Notes: a model not told the origin generated them from the sequence alone. A stretch of 57,879 nucleotides of DNA, filler included, from Sphacelaria rigidula (GCA_964200075.2; 4 parts of 4 records of this genome joined end to end with filler, not necessarily neighbours in it); one strand, 5' to 3'; positions 12,713 to 26,289 are shown, counted from the first letter of the whole stretch. Program-made: numbers and translations.

Positions 12713-13176
12713 TAAATTTTTTCACTCTAAAACCCTGATCGATTTTGTTTTCTGGGGATAACTTCGTCAAACGGACACCAAACGCATCATGCTCCACGGG
12801 GCACCTGGACACACAGCAGTTGCTGCTGCCTACCAAGTATCATCCTCCAAATCAAAGTCTTGAGTGAGAAGCCCAGCGTTTCGTGCCCATGTACAAGGAT
12901 GATCTACATCTACTTTCGTACTCAAAGCCGAGGTGATTTCACCACTTGGTAGGTGACATATTTTTCGGAAATTTACGGTTTGCGCAGGTGCTGATTCATT
13001 TTGAAGAACACTAACCCTAACCCCAACCCCAACGGAGACATACCGAGAACCCTCGCGCACGGGGTGCGACGTGCTCGCTAGGCGAAGTGTGCGCTGCGAG
13101 ACCTCAAATCGGCGCCCCAGGCGCCGATTTAGACGCAAACGCGTTATTCGCACGCCAGGAGCACAGTCCCCTTGAA

Positions 13177-13278
13177 CCCTTAGATAGGGGTGCCGGTAGT
13201 CCATCTGGATCACGTATACTTTTCTCAAGTGAATATTGATGCCGACTCAGCAGGTGACCTACCCTCGGCGTCAAAGGG
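13177..13278. mobile_element. ~100-bp piggyBac-like MITE, copy 1
   Basis: CCCT...AAAGGG ends, flanked by TGAA/TTAA; homologous copies at 33914-33995 and ~40746-40839. Confidence 0.65.
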
Positions 13279-14396
13279 TTAAAGATCCGGATTTCGGTGT
13301 CTACACTACATTTCAGTACTGCACCTATCCACAAGCCGTAAATTTCCGAGAACTATCTTGAACTACCAAGTGGTAAATTCTACTACCAAAATCGAGGTCT
13401 TGGGTGGAGAATGACTGCCAGGGATATCAGGTGCCAAAGGAAATTCATTTAAAAAAAATGAATCCTTCTTGGTCCATCCATGTCTCTTCCCCCGCACCCT
13501 ACAGCCCGCTCCCCACCCCGTCACTCTTCCACCCACGTCTCACACAAAGATGCCCCCCCCCCCAAACCAACAACGTGAGAGGGAAACCCAGTCTGTATCG
13601 AAAGAACCAGTCATTGTCGCACGACTTCGCCCTCCTCGACGACAAAGCGAAAGCCTTCTTCGCTACACTGTTCGAGTATGACAAAGATGCCCTCATGTCC
13701 CTCGACGGCGATATTTTCCAAACCGTCATCGAAGAAATGATGAATGATGGACAGTCGCACGACACGTCGCCTTCTCCTATGAAGAGGAAGAAGCAGGAAG
13801 ATTATGTTTACAAGCAACTGGCCACATTTCAGATCCGTGCAAATCACGACGGCTGCATCGTCTGCGGCAACCTGACCCTCACGTGGTTCAAGTTCGACTA
13901 CCTGTGCTCCAAGGGGGGCCTGGACAAACAGCACTTGCCGCTGTCTACCTAGTATGATTCTTCAAATCGAAGTCGTGAGTGGGAACCCCCAGCGTTTGGT
14001 GCCCATGTACAAGGATGATCTGCATCTAGTATCATGCTCCAAAACGTACCTGACAAGGGAGCAACACCCCCGTACAAACAGTAGCAATGCTAGCGGATCC
14101 TACGTCCTGACAGTCGGTGACAATCTGGCAGCCGGCATGGTGGTTATGGTGGTGTCCTTCTAGCGATATCAACTTACAGTGCACTGTAGCAGAGCTTGCA
14201 GGTGGATATTTCGGCGATTGCCTCACTTACAATTCGCCCAGATGTTGCCTCTACATTATATATGGAAAATGTACACAATCGTGGACAAGAACATTCCATA
14301 CGTCGGACGAGTCATCACTCGTCGCGACGAGTGCACTTGTTGATGTTTTTCGAAACCACAACGAGCATGACTCGTGCGCCCGAGTTATTACTTTTT

Positions 14397-14496
14397 NNNN
14401 NNNNNNNNNNNNNNNNNNNNNNNNNNNNNNNNNNNNNNNNTTAATTAATTAANNNNNNNNNNNNNNNNNNNNNNNNNNNNNNNNNNNNNNNNNNNN
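14397..14496. other. Artificial contig spacer
   Basis: N44-TTAATTAATTAA-N44 (stops in all six frames). Confidence 0.98.
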
Positions 14497-16010
14497 AACT
14501 CAATCTTCGTGGCGCCAATGCGGGATTTGGAGGGTGCGAGTTTCAGGTTGTGTTGTTCAAACCGATTGAAGAATGATGCCAACTGTTCGACGTGTTCGGC
14601 CGGTGTGGAGTCGTGGCACACCGCATCATCAAGGTACATATGGCATTTGGGCAATCCATCAGTTACACGGAACATTACACGTTGAAACGCACCTGGAGCT
14701 CCGGCGGCACCTTGTGGTGTAACCAACCACTCGTACAAACTTGATGGGCTGCAAAACGCTGTCAGTTCAATGGAGTTGGGATCCATCACGAGCTGGTGGT
14801 AGCCGGACTGCATGTCAAAGTTCGAAAATACTTTACCCCCGCCAAGAGAGTCAATAATTGCATCAATTCGCGGGAGTGGCAACCGGGCGATTTTGGTGAC
14901 AGCGTTCAATCGTTGATAATTGACCGTCAGTCTGACTTTGCCATTCTTCTTACGGACGACTACTAAAGGCGAGGCCCACGGAGACGTCGAGTGCCGCATC
15001 AAACCGGCAGATAAGTAACCATCGAGAATTACCTGGATCTTATCCGCTAAAAGGGGGTTCGTACGGTACGGACGCATAGCGATAGGAGGAGTGCCATCAG
15101 GAATCTTGATCTTAAACGGTGTCGTGGTACATCGACCTAGATCCAAGGGTGCAGTAGAAAACCGTTCAGAGTATCTAATCAAGATGGATCTCAATCTATC
15201 GATTACAGTGGGTGTCCAACCATCGCCAGATAGATCAAAAACAATATGCCGTAAGTGAGGGGGAATGTCATCCCACAACTTTTGAAAACTGGCGCGTTGT
15301 TCTGGAGAAAATCTATCCAGTAATGCAGTTGGGGGTTGAGGGTCAGGCGCATCTGGTGGATTTGTCACCACCATGGGGTCAGACGTGTGTAGCGGAGGGG
15401 GGCCCGTGGATTTCGGGGGGTCGGTCGGCGAGTTGTTGATCGCGGGGGGACACACATCTGACAGGGCGGTTCGTATGAGAGGCGCTTGAGCATAACCCAA
15501 CAACTGACCGTTGAGTATATCGAAACATGCAGGGGACGTGAGGTAAATGGCCTGCCTACCTTCGTGGACAAAGACTTCGGTCTGTTCAAACGGACCAACC
15601 TGTGCTTGGTCAGGTTTGAGCAACTCGACCAAATAATGTCCTGTGAGGGCGGGCGATCCATTGCGTCTCACGAGGTTCACTTGTATTAGTTGGGGTTCAC
15701 AAGAAAGCGAGACTACAGGTTCACCAACATAGTACAGACGGAAAGCATTACCTGTTTTCGTGGGATCATCCTCATAAGCATGAGCTCCCGAATCAGTGTC
15801 GAAGTGACCCAGAGACAGTTTTCCTGTTACTGGACGGTTCGGGACAGGTGTGTCCGTCGTATACGTATGTGTGGAAAAACGAAGCCGACTATCTCGACCC
15901 AACAAAACATCATAAGACATGGAACCGTCGGGCACTATTAGTGCCCATACGGACAACCGAGCAGTGGGAGTAGTGGTCAGTTTAGCACACTGACAGAGAT
16001 GGTTTGAGGA
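14497..16010 (-). mobile_element. Ty3/gypsy-type protease tail + reverse transcriptase (truncated by contig end)
   Basis: DVLLGRD; PYRTNP; WASPLVVVRKKNGKVRLTVNYQRLN; DMQSGYHQ; PQG; YLDD. Confidence 0.9.
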
Positions 16011-17095
16011 CGTACCTGCGGTTTCATGCCCATTTAGTTCTGCACGCATGGCACTCAACCATATTTCCTTGTATCCCGACTTTTCTATGTCTTCTACTGT
16101 TACGGGGGGAGTTTCCACATCTCTCACGTGCAGACCGACGGGGGAACGCAAACCAAAACTGGGCTCTTCCTCCGTCCTGTTTTCGGCTGAGAAACGGAAG
16201 TACTCCTGCTCCGCGAAGGTCTCTTCGATCAGCATAGGCGCGCTGCCTCCCACCTCTGGACCGGCTGCTGCAGTGATCAGTTCCGTCACCTCGCATTTAT
16301 CCTCTGCTATCCATACAGCATAGTCTCCACTTGAGTTCTCAACTGGCCTCGCAGCCCCAGCCCGCGAAGGAAAATCCTATTGCTTTCCCTTTTCATCATT
16401 TTGTCCAGTTCAGTTTCTGCCGCCGACGCTAGCTCGTTTTGGTCGGCTGCCGCTCTCGTCGCACTGCGCGTGCGACCTGCCATTTGTGGAGGCAGAGACA
16501 AATCATCGTCGAGTGCGAGACGGCGTAGCTCCGTCCTTGGGATTTCGGGAGCTCCACCGCCCCCCCCGTCGTTGCGCTCGGGGGTGTCTACGGTTGTCGG
16601 TGTTGTCGACGGCGTTGTTTCTGTCGGCGTCGGCGGCGGCGATGTTGCTGTCGGCGTTGGCGGCGGCGTTGTTTCTGTCGGCGTTGGCGGCGGCGATGTT
16701 GCTGTCGGCGTTGGCGGCGGCGTTGTTTCTGTCGGCGTCGGCGTCGGCGATACTGCTGTCGGCGGCGGCGGCGGTGTGGGGGGCGCTGGTCCCCCGTCAT
16801 CAATAAGATGTCGGACAGGGTTGCGTAAAATCCCGCGCCCCCCCCCGCGTCTGGAGGGAAGCGGCGAGGTCATCTCCCCCCCCCCGCCAATAGCGGGGGT
16901 CTGTTGTGCCGCTTCTGCGTTTAGCTCTGCGTTGGGGAGCAAGAACGTCACGTGCCGTGAACCGCGGGGTGAATCACGTGCCGCCGGAGTTTGCTGTTCC
17001 GCGGACTCGCTGCCGGCCTTCCTTTCCTCGATCTTGTCATCTCTCGCTCCGTCGGGCGTCGGGATCGCTTGGAGTGATGACCAGTGCCAAACTCG
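16011..17095 (-). mobile_element. Copia-type fragment: Pro/Thr-rich integrase-RT linker and start of copia RT
   Basis: PTPTETTPPPTPTATSPP repeats, GRTRS, then TPPVTVEDIEKSGYKEIWLSAMRAELNGHETAGT (cf. EPSTTTEALAGADADRWEVAMEDKMEGLWDQGT in the copia at 2580-4151). Confidence 0.65.
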
Positions 17096-17713
17096 CGTAT
17101 CATACTGTACCGACTGTTGTACTGTACTATGCGGTGTTGCACTGGACTTCATGTACTCAATTATACCTACTGGGTAAAGTGTAGCGGGCGTACTCTAGTT
17201 TATGACTAGGTAGTACTGTACAGTGACGACAGACACCGGTAGTCCGTCGTGAACGAATAGGAGAAACACTTGGAGCACCAGGTTTGGCAGCGCACACGAC
17301 AGCTCCAGCACAGCGATGACTATCTGCGATACGATTACGACAACATCTACACCACGCCCTCAAATACTACCGCGGCACATTGGAGTCCAGTAGATACGTG
17401 ATGGTAATGGGACCATAGAAGGTTTCGGAACAGTTTACGGTGCCGCTTTCAAGACGTTCACTACCCGTGCGTTTCGCGCACCCGCAAACGGTGTGCATTA
17501 AATATATTCGTCGCGCTCTGTGCTTTATTGTGTATTATCGTAGACGTCAGCTTCATCACGGAAGAGCAGCTGCGAAACATAGTAGATAGCTTGGCTGGTA
17601 TGACATCGCTCCTTGTTGGGATATGCGATCTTGTGTCTCGCTCAGCTCTAGCAACGGTCTACGAGATCTATCTTGTATCGTATCAAGCAGTGCAAACACC
17701 CTGCCACACTCAC

Positions 17714-17984
17714 GTATGCCGCAATCGTCCCCTTGATACCCATGCTCGCATATACAGAACGCATCATCCCCAGGTCCCGTGCAGACACCTCGCTGGCTGC
17801 AGTAGTTTGGACACTTCGCTAGCGCCGTCGGCACCGTTGCCTCTAATACGCTTAGAATGAACAAAGCATGGCATAACCTCGAACCACACCGCCGGAGAGA
17901 TCTTCTAGCTGCTGGTTCCGCCTGCGAAGATCTCGCAATGACGGTGGCAGCAGGCCTCCTCACCATGCCGACAGACACGATCAT
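17714..17984 (-). CDS. First exon of a probably secreted EGF-like (tenascin-type) repeat protein
   Basis: Hydrophobic ALFILSVLEATVPTALA then CPNYCSQRGVC..CICEHGYQGDDC; GTGAGT donor at 17713. Confidence 0.75.
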
Positions 17985-19009
17985 CCTTAGAAAGTGTATG
18001 CAGAAAAACGATCAATCGTTCTACCGAATGATGTGAGAGTTCCACAGTGGGTACAATGTACGTGGGGATCACAACCAATATATCTGGATCGCGGACCATG
18101 CCTAGACGGTGGATGTACGTGGTGCAACATGTACTTGAAAAGCAGTCATTTTCCAGACAGAGGCAGCGGTCCGCCAAGCAGTTTAGGCTGGCTCGAGCCG
18201 ACCTTCAAACACTACCCCCAACTATGGAAGGAACGCCCTTGAGCTTCTGATTAAAGTCATATACAAACGTCAACTGCTGTAGCAAGGATGCGGTATTCTC
18301 TCCAACCGAACGACCAGGATGCGCTCCATTCTTTCGAGCGTAAATATCGGACCGTGACAAAGCACTTGAGGTGTGAAATTTATTAGCGAGGTTTGCTTGT
18401 ATACGTTCGCGAGTCTTTCGTGCACCCTTCTCACTTCATCACCAACGATTCGGGTACGATTTCTTGGCTTGGTCACCTCTTGCCACACACCGTACTATGG
18501 AGGGGCTGTAAGTAAGTGCTTCGAGAGTTGCTACAGTCAGTACACGCTCTATACTAACGGCAGTAGTATGTGCACGTACCAACAGTCCCCTGTACATCTT
18601 CTTGCTACATCGATGCACGCAACCCGCGGAAGTGAGTGAGCATTGATCGACAGCCTTGGTAAGTATTCTTCGTAGCATTAGTTTGTCTCGGGTGCGTCTT
18701 TCGTCTGACCACGGCTTGATCCCTGGGGGATTAATAAACGATCGGTCAGAATCAATCAGTGAGTCAATCACGCCGTTTCTGAGACGCATTATTAGACCAT
18801 CGCATCTGTTATGACAGTCACCAATCTCGATTTTTACCCAGATTGGGGGGAAAAATCGGGAAACGCATTTTACGGACCACGATTTGGGCCAAATCGGGGG
18901 AGAAAAAAACGGGGTGTCACGATTCCAGAAGGACTTCCCTCGATTTTTGATTTTTCGCAAAAATCGGGGGGAATTTGATGTCCCCCGATTTTGAGGAGGT
19001 GAGGATGAT

Positions 19010-19350
19010 AACCCGGAAAATTGAAATCTTCGCATCCACACCAATTCTCCGAAATATGGTTCCATCCCTTCATCTGCTGGTAGCTTTTGACAACTATCAC
19101 ACGCCATGAAAATTTGGATTCCGATTACCGAAATTTGAGGGTCCTAGGTAAAAAGTAATTCTTAGGACTTGAGGTGATCCGGTCACACACGTAAATTCCT
19201 AACATTTTCTTCTTTACCTAGGACCCCCAAATGTCGGTAATCGGAGTAAAAATTTTGTGGCGTGTAGCGGCTGTCAAAAGCTACCAGCGGAGGAAGGAAT
19301 GGAACCATATCTCGAAGAATTGGTGTGGATGCGAAGATTTTAATTCCCCG
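19010..19350. repeat. Long imperfect inverted repeat (~140-bp arms)
   Basis: 19020-19155 is the reverse complement of ~19210-19343. Confidence 0.85.
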
Positions 19351-20399
19351 GATTGTATGAAAAGCTCTATCCCAAAATGGATGATCGGCTGTTAATGGTA
19401 GGGAACGAGGCGTTTGATATTTTTGACTACCCCCCAAAACGCTTCGGCAGAGATTGAAGGCCTCCACAGGCACAACACGCCTCCGGAGGCCTTCAATCCC
19501 TCTGGGAAAAAACAAAAATTACCCCTCTGGAGGGGCGTGCACTCCACTGGAGGGATTTGGTTGTAGCAAAATGCCACCGGAGGGATGCGCGGCCCTCCGA
19601 AGGCAAAATAAGCCTCCGGAGGCGTTTAATTCCTCTAGAGGAAACAATAAAATATTCCTCTGGAGGGCCGCGCATCCTTCTTAAGCGCCGCGCACCCTCC
19701 CTGAAGCGTTCACGTCCTCTGGAGGCTCGAAAAATTGACCGCCTTGGAGGAATTTTGAGGGTAGCCAAATGGCCGCGTGTGGATGTGTAGGGCACTGCAC
19801 TGCTGAAGTCTTCTCGCGCACTGTTTGTTCACTGTTCTCAGAATACCGACTGTGCCATCATGTAATACTACACGGCATTATCATGTACTGTAATGATGGA
19901 GTGTCCTGCACTGTATCACCCTCGGGTACCACGGTACGACACTGGACGCAAAGGGTTATTCACCACCTGCCTGCTCTTCGACTTCATGCACTATAACGCG
20001 ATGTCATGTTCATGCAAAAAATGACTGTGTACAGAACTGTTTCACGAATCTGTGATACCATATAACGGTCCCCCCGGCTTTGGGGTCGCGAATTTGAGTC
20101 CCCCCGATTTTGAAGAAATCGGGGTCTCAAAACAATCAACATCCGTTACCATAAAAGATGGTCTTACCTATACTATTTGTTTTAGAGGTTTTGGACGCTC
20201 CGTTCAGACTCAAGCGGCTTGTGTTTTTCTCCGAAGCTTCATTTTTGGAGAAGTCCGAAAAATTCGGACTGCAGCGCAACACTGCGGAGAGTTGCCCTGT
20301 GAATGAGCCGTGGCGTCACAAGTATTCGATAATTATCAGGTACCTTGCCAGTCCCGACAAGTTCGGACATTTCCGAAAAAAAATTGTCGATAATAACGG

Positions 20400-20820
20400 G
20401 CCTTATGGTTCATATTATTTTGGACTTGTCATTTCCACTTTTGAGACATTTGGCAAGGTTTTTGGCCGCAAAACAGAGAATATTGCTATCACACGTCTTA
20501 ACACTTGGCATCGCCCCGCCGGAAGGGGTCTAGCCCACTTTCCCGATTCGCACGGCTCCGAAGTTTCGACAACAGCCTCTGGACGAAAATACAGCTAGAA
20601 AAAAAAATTGGGGTATCGGCAGGTATGTTCCCGTTGTCCAGAGGCTATTCTCGAAACCTCGGAGCCGTGCGAATCAGAAAAGCGGGCTAGACCCCTCCCG
20701 GTGGGGCGATGCAAAACGTCCAAGACATGTGATGGCGATATTCTCTGTTTTGCAGCTAAAAACCGTGGCCAATGTCTCAAAAGTTGAACATCCGGGCCCC
20801 AAAATATACGGGCCGTAGGG
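20400..20820. repeat. Long imperfect inverted repeat (~160-200-bp arms)
   Basis: 20438-20596 is the reverse complement of ~20620-20785. Confidence 0.85.
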
Positions 20821-21033
20821 AACGACCTCAGCATCTGCTTTACACAGAACAGATCTGCATCACGGACGGAATTTTCATGGCAATGGTGTTGATGGCGTTC
20901 GCATTCTGTACTCGCGGCTTAATGTTGCCATAGATGCGCTGAGGGTTTCCATGCAGCCGTGTTTCGCGCAGCAGGGCCATTGAAGTCATTGATGGTACCC
21001 AACCGGTACGTGTTCTGCTATTGATAAAACCAG

Positions 21034-21684
21034 GGAAGCGGTGAAGGAGACAGAAACGGTCCTGGATATTGTCCAGTCGCCTATCCTTCACACAAGCGGG
21101 GCAGCTACTGAAGAATCTTCCACGACACAGTCTTCTCCTGCGAAGGTAGTGGCACACCCTGTACTGGACAGCACCATCAGAGACCGTGCCGGGCTGCGCT
21201 CAAGCTCCCTGGCTCGCGATGGCAGCTCTGACAGTAATAGGCAACACCACACCGCTTCTATGTTGAATCCTAACGTACTACGGCATGCGCAGCCAGATCT
21301 TCCGATCGTAGATGATGGCGACAGCAAGCACCAGCAATCAGGGGTACATCGAAAACCAACCCAGCTGTCCAATAGCCTTACCGTCGATGGTATTGATGGT
21401 GGTCGTAGCTGTAGCGATGGCTCTAGGGCTAGCGAGCTTGCCTCCGATAGCAACAGTATGGACGATAATGGTTCGAGTAGTGGCACTGATCGGCATGACT
21501 CGTTATGCGTCCTTGGAAGATGCCTAGCCTCTCACCGGAGACGTCGGCGGCTGGCTGCGACGACCGACGCGAGTGTGTGTTACGTCAATCCCTCATGGCG
21601 AGATGCATCTCTCTCCACGGCGACATCCTTGTTTCCACCCGCGGGTAATGTCGGACATGCGCTATTGAGCTTGGATCTCCGAAG
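21034..21684 (+). CDS. Exon of a large low-complexity, probably disordered protein
   Basis: CAG acceptor at 21031-21033, open frame, AG|GTGAGA donor in phase 2, compatible with the next exon. Confidence 0.5.
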
Positions 21685-22012
21685 GTGAGAGAAAGTACGC
21701 CGTTCGCAGGGGAACGGGCGGGTTGGCTCCAGAACGTACCTTGCTACTTGTACTTTACGCCCGTAAAAGACGGGAGTCAGCTGGACAACAAGGGAGGCGT
21801 TTTCTGCACTCGCATGCCGCGCTCCGATCGAACGCGGTGAACCCTAAGAGCAGCGCTGACCTAGCATGTTCACCCACTGCAATACACGCACATCTCGTAT
21901 CACCAGTATATCCAATAAGCTCTATAGAAAATAGTTTCCGATTTACTTGAAATGTTTTCACGACAACTGGCCTCTGTACACCCGTCTTGCGCCCGCTTCG
22001 TTGAAGCCTCAG

Positions 22013-25000
22013 CAACGCGACAAGCGCGGACGAAGATTCACGAGCAAGCTCACAGCACTCGCTGATAAATTCACAAAGTGAAGTAAATGCCGCTGCATGG
22101 GTTGCTCGAGGCCACGCCAAGAACCCTGTTGTCGCCGTGCCAGATCACTCAGAGAGCTGGGGAGGACATCAACGTGCTCAGCAGATGCACACCGAAGCTA
22201 TCGAACTACATGCACAGTCTACGGGCAAGGATGCAGGTACGGTTCAGATTCCTCGCTGGTCGGCGGCGAGCCCTGCAGGAGCGGACCGAGAGATGCATGT
22301 AACGAGCAGACTCAAGTGTGTACATCGTGCGGGGGCCGCTGATAGCGAAGGGTACCACGAAGAAACAAGCAATGTTTTAGAGAAAATAAAACATGAGACG
22401 GTTGTACATGCATCACCGTCCACGAGAATATTGGCGGCATACGGAGATGACGTCGTGTATAACGTGTTGATGACGGGTACAAGCATGGAGTCATGGGAAT
22501 CAGCTCCGTCTCCGCATCCCTCCCCACCTGCTCCGATTCAGTACCCGAATCGACAAAGCATTCGGTTTGCAGACCTAGGACGGGGGCTCTCAGAATGCCT
22601 TACGAACAAGAAGGACTGTCAAAGCTACGAAGAGAAAAGTTCTAGAGGTAATGAAAATAGCATTGAACGAGCCACGAAAGGGAGTACCTGCATAACTGGT
22701 GTCAACGAGGATGAGCAGTTTGGCCTGGAGCCGACGGCCGAGGTTGGTACAACTGTTGGGGATAGAGAAATGGGCACGTCGTCCGTGCGGGAACGCCACC
22801 TCTCTCGTCCGGTAGTAAATAACAACGACGCCGCCGCCGCAGGCACCATTCGAGGTGAGTCCATGATCCCGCTGTTTCGTATAGAAAAAGCTGCAAGCGA
22901 GCATTTTCCCGCCAGTGGTGGAAGGATAGACCCTCCCACGCATGCTCTCTCCACGGAGACTGTCGCTCGAAAAGCAGCGGCATACACGACACCAGCCCGT
23001 ATGCCACACTCGACAACGCCACCAGGACAAACTTTCTCCACTCCTGGACTTTTTGCCGAAGAAGAGTGCACTGCAGGAGATGCAAACGGGGCAAGCAAGG
23101 ATTCACAAGCTTGCGAGAGTCAGCACCAGGTGGAAGATGAATCATGCGGGAAAAATGGTAGTGGAACACCGGCGCAAAAGCAGCATGAAGCAGGGCGGTG
23201 TTATTGTAGCGGCTCAAGAGGAGATGCTTGCAAGGTCTATGCACTCAGCACGGAGACGCGCGAAACCGTGACAGGCCCTCCTGCGCAATCGGCAGTCACG
23301 CCCATCTTTCCCGCCCCGGAAGAGAATCGACTCTCTGCGTCCTCATTACCGGTGCGAAACGACAGAGGTCTGTCAGTATGCGTATCTCACGACAGCCGGA
23401 AACTCGATGCTTGTGTACCAGGCGGGTGGCCGCCTGCCGAGAGGAACATATTCATTCAGCCACCCCGTGGGGTGGACGTTTTGGACGACAAAACTGGCAG
23501 CAAGAACAGTGCGACCCAACATGGAAAAAATATAAGTCAGGAAGGGATAGTAAGTAGTACCTTACCACGTGGTCACGGCGGGAACACAACGCCTGTTGGT
23601 AATGACGGCGGATTAAATTCACCCCCTTGTTCGCAAGCCGGTCTTGCTGCGCTTGACTCCCGACCTCTTGCCGTTGGTTGTGAGCAGTCTATTCCGACCG
23701 TGGCCAGCACGCCAACAAACGATCCCGAGGTGGCCAGCAGCAACTTTCGATCGGATGGTATACGCTCGACATGGCCACAGAGCAGTTTAATGATACCCTG
23801 TGTTGGTGGGCGTGAGAATACTGATCGAGATTCAAACGACGGAGGAAAGTTGACAGTACAACAACTATCATCAGCGCAAAAGAGGATAGCTTCTGTTTCT
23901 CATCGCGCAGGTGCCATGCCTTTATCCCAGCCGTGCGCTTCAACGCAACACGGTGAAACCAGGACAGGCGTATCACGGTCATCAGGAATCGCAAAAGTTA
24001 TAAATCTACAGTGTGGTACCTGCACGGTGTTTAAAAATTCCCAATGCAGTGCAAGCACACGCTTCCCTACTGCGATGGCAGGGCGGCGGCGACGGGGCGA
24101 CGAACGGCGCCACCGAGCAGCTGACGAAATAGCGAGGCCGCACCTTGGCAAGGATGAAGGTAGTCTACGAATCAAAGGGAGTCGTCGATTTTCCTACAAT
24201 GATTCGGGATCATGCGACCCAGCAAGACTACAGGCGCCACCAGCATCGGCGAAGCACCGCCCGCGCGTTAGCTTTAATCCCGTCGAACAGGAAATACGGA
24301 AGGCTCCTGAAAAAGCGTTCCGTACCGTTGAAGCTGATGCACTGAACGCTGACAGGGGATGCGGCCAACCACTAAATGAACCAGAGATCCTAGAAACACC
24401 AGCGTATCCCTCCTATGGTTCGCTTGACGCGAACAAAAGGAGGGTCAATGACGGCGGAACGCTGAACCCTAAGCAAAGAGGACCGGAAGAACTCGGGATC
24501 ACAGCGGGGGGTGCACCAGCGGGGGGAAGCGATGGTGGTGGTATGGACATTTGCGCGCCTGAGACCAGTCCTGACCTCAACAAGAGCACACGCAATGAGG
24601 AGAAAGGTGCTTGTTCGAATGATCGGTGTGCGTTGGTCACTGCGCCAAAATCACATAGAAAATGGCAGCGGTTTCCCCTAACCCCGATCCCAAATGGGGA
24701 CTCTAATCGTGGGTATATATATAGCGCTGGTATGAACCCACACCCCACTTCAAGTCTCAACAATGCCAAGTCAGGGAGAGAGAAACTAACCCGAACATCG
24801 GGAGCAGTCGGCTCGCAAGGTTGCTGCAACGAAAGCAGCTATCATGGGAACAACAAGAACCGGGGGAGACCAGCTACAGCGGACGGGCGAGTCAATAAAT
24901 GTTGTCAAAGAATTACTGTGGGACCCGTATTTGTCGACCAATCGACGCACCGCTTTTGTCGAGATTCCGAACTCGTCACCGACGCATGCTCGTCAGGTAC

Positions 25001-25172
25001 GCAAACTTGTGGCGCGCGGTCCCTGGCCATGTTAGGAAAGAACCAGGTCTCGACAAGGATGTGGCATAGTCGTGCAGCGGATGCCACGTTGAACGGGAAC
25101 CCCTTGCTGAACACCTGGCTTGTAGCCAACCCACTGCTGTATTCGAGCGGGCAAATAGCTGAAAATATGTAG
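22013..25172 (+). CDS. ~3.1-kb exon of the same Ser/Ala/Gly-rich protein; no recognisable domain
   Basis: >1000-codon open frame; CAG acceptor at 22010-22012 in matching phase. Confidence 0.6.
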
Positions 25173-26289
25173 ACCACTCCCTTGTTTTTATTGAAAGCGT
25201 AGACACGGCGATCGGATCTGCCGAGTGTCCCTCTCCACCACTGTAGAAACAATACGTGCTGACGAATTATTGTAAACCGCGAACAGCATAAAGTACCGTA
25301 CATAGGTGGATGTGGACGAGAAACATGAAGATCGCCACGCGTGATGATCGCGCTAGTAGTTCTCGTAGTCATGCGTGGATACGAAGACGTAACACTCTGG
25401 GGTCCAGGCGCGCTAGTACGCGTTTCCTTGCGCATCGTTAAGGTAGGTATATACTCAATTACACCGCCATATGAGCGACGATTGGTGCGACATCTGCTAC
25501 TTGACAGCCCGCGGTAAAGTCTGTAATTTCGGACATCTTACGCCACAGCTTCAGGGGAAACATATTGGTATGGTGCGCACGCCCAACCGGCGTCCTTGTA
25601 CTCCTGCGCCTTTGTGCCGGGAGATCATTTACGCATCCCGAGATTGATGACTGCCAGCTCCCAATCTTCGTGGGAACGGAATTTTCCATGAGAACGAACT
25701 CAGGTCGAAACTGCAGATAATGTTGACAAAATGTACCGGACAAGGGTGCCTTTCGGCCCCACTAAAGGTGGAATGACTGAGGTCAGAGGCAAGATAGCCA
25801 CCTCTTGATGTGCCGGACATGCCTCGGCATTTGTTTGTTGCGTTGTTGCGAAGTAAATCGAATACGACTCGACATCAGCTTTGTGGTTTATTCCATCGAG
25901 TGCTGATGGAAAAAGTCTTGTCTGAGACAGGCTGGGTTTCCTTTGATGGAGCGCAGCTGAGAGAAGCCCCGACCTTCGTCATCATTGACTGTAAGCGACT
26001 TGTTTCTGTGTTCGGGTAAAATAAATAGTTGTGAAAAATGGTACTACTTACACAGCGTCCGAACGGCTGCGAAAAGCTGACAAAGGCCGTTTTCTTCGGC
26101 TTCGATCAGCCGTCCAGAAAACGATGCCACACTTTTGTCTAGACCTAGGGAACATCTACGAGGGGGGGTATTTTTCTATTCAACAGCTGATTCTAAATTT
26201 TGGGGTTGAACACTAAAAATGGGGTTCAAGCGACATATCGTTTTTGCAGGGATAGAGTCCTTTACATTGTGGGCAATGAGTTGAAAAAT

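Noticed and set aside
13011-13033. Telomeric repeat CTAACCCTAACCCC
   Set aside because: Only about two degenerate internal units
14441-14452. TTAATTAATTAA as a biological motif or TTAA target site
   Set aside because: It is an identical six-frame-stop linker within N runs at all three joins
16380-17177. Gly/Val-rich + strand ORF (265 aa)
   Set aside because: It is the antisense shadow of the Pro/Thr-rich retroelement linker
17100-17345. Possible LTR starting TGTTG on the minus strand
   Set aside because: No partner LTR, PBS or TSD is visible, so it cannot be supported
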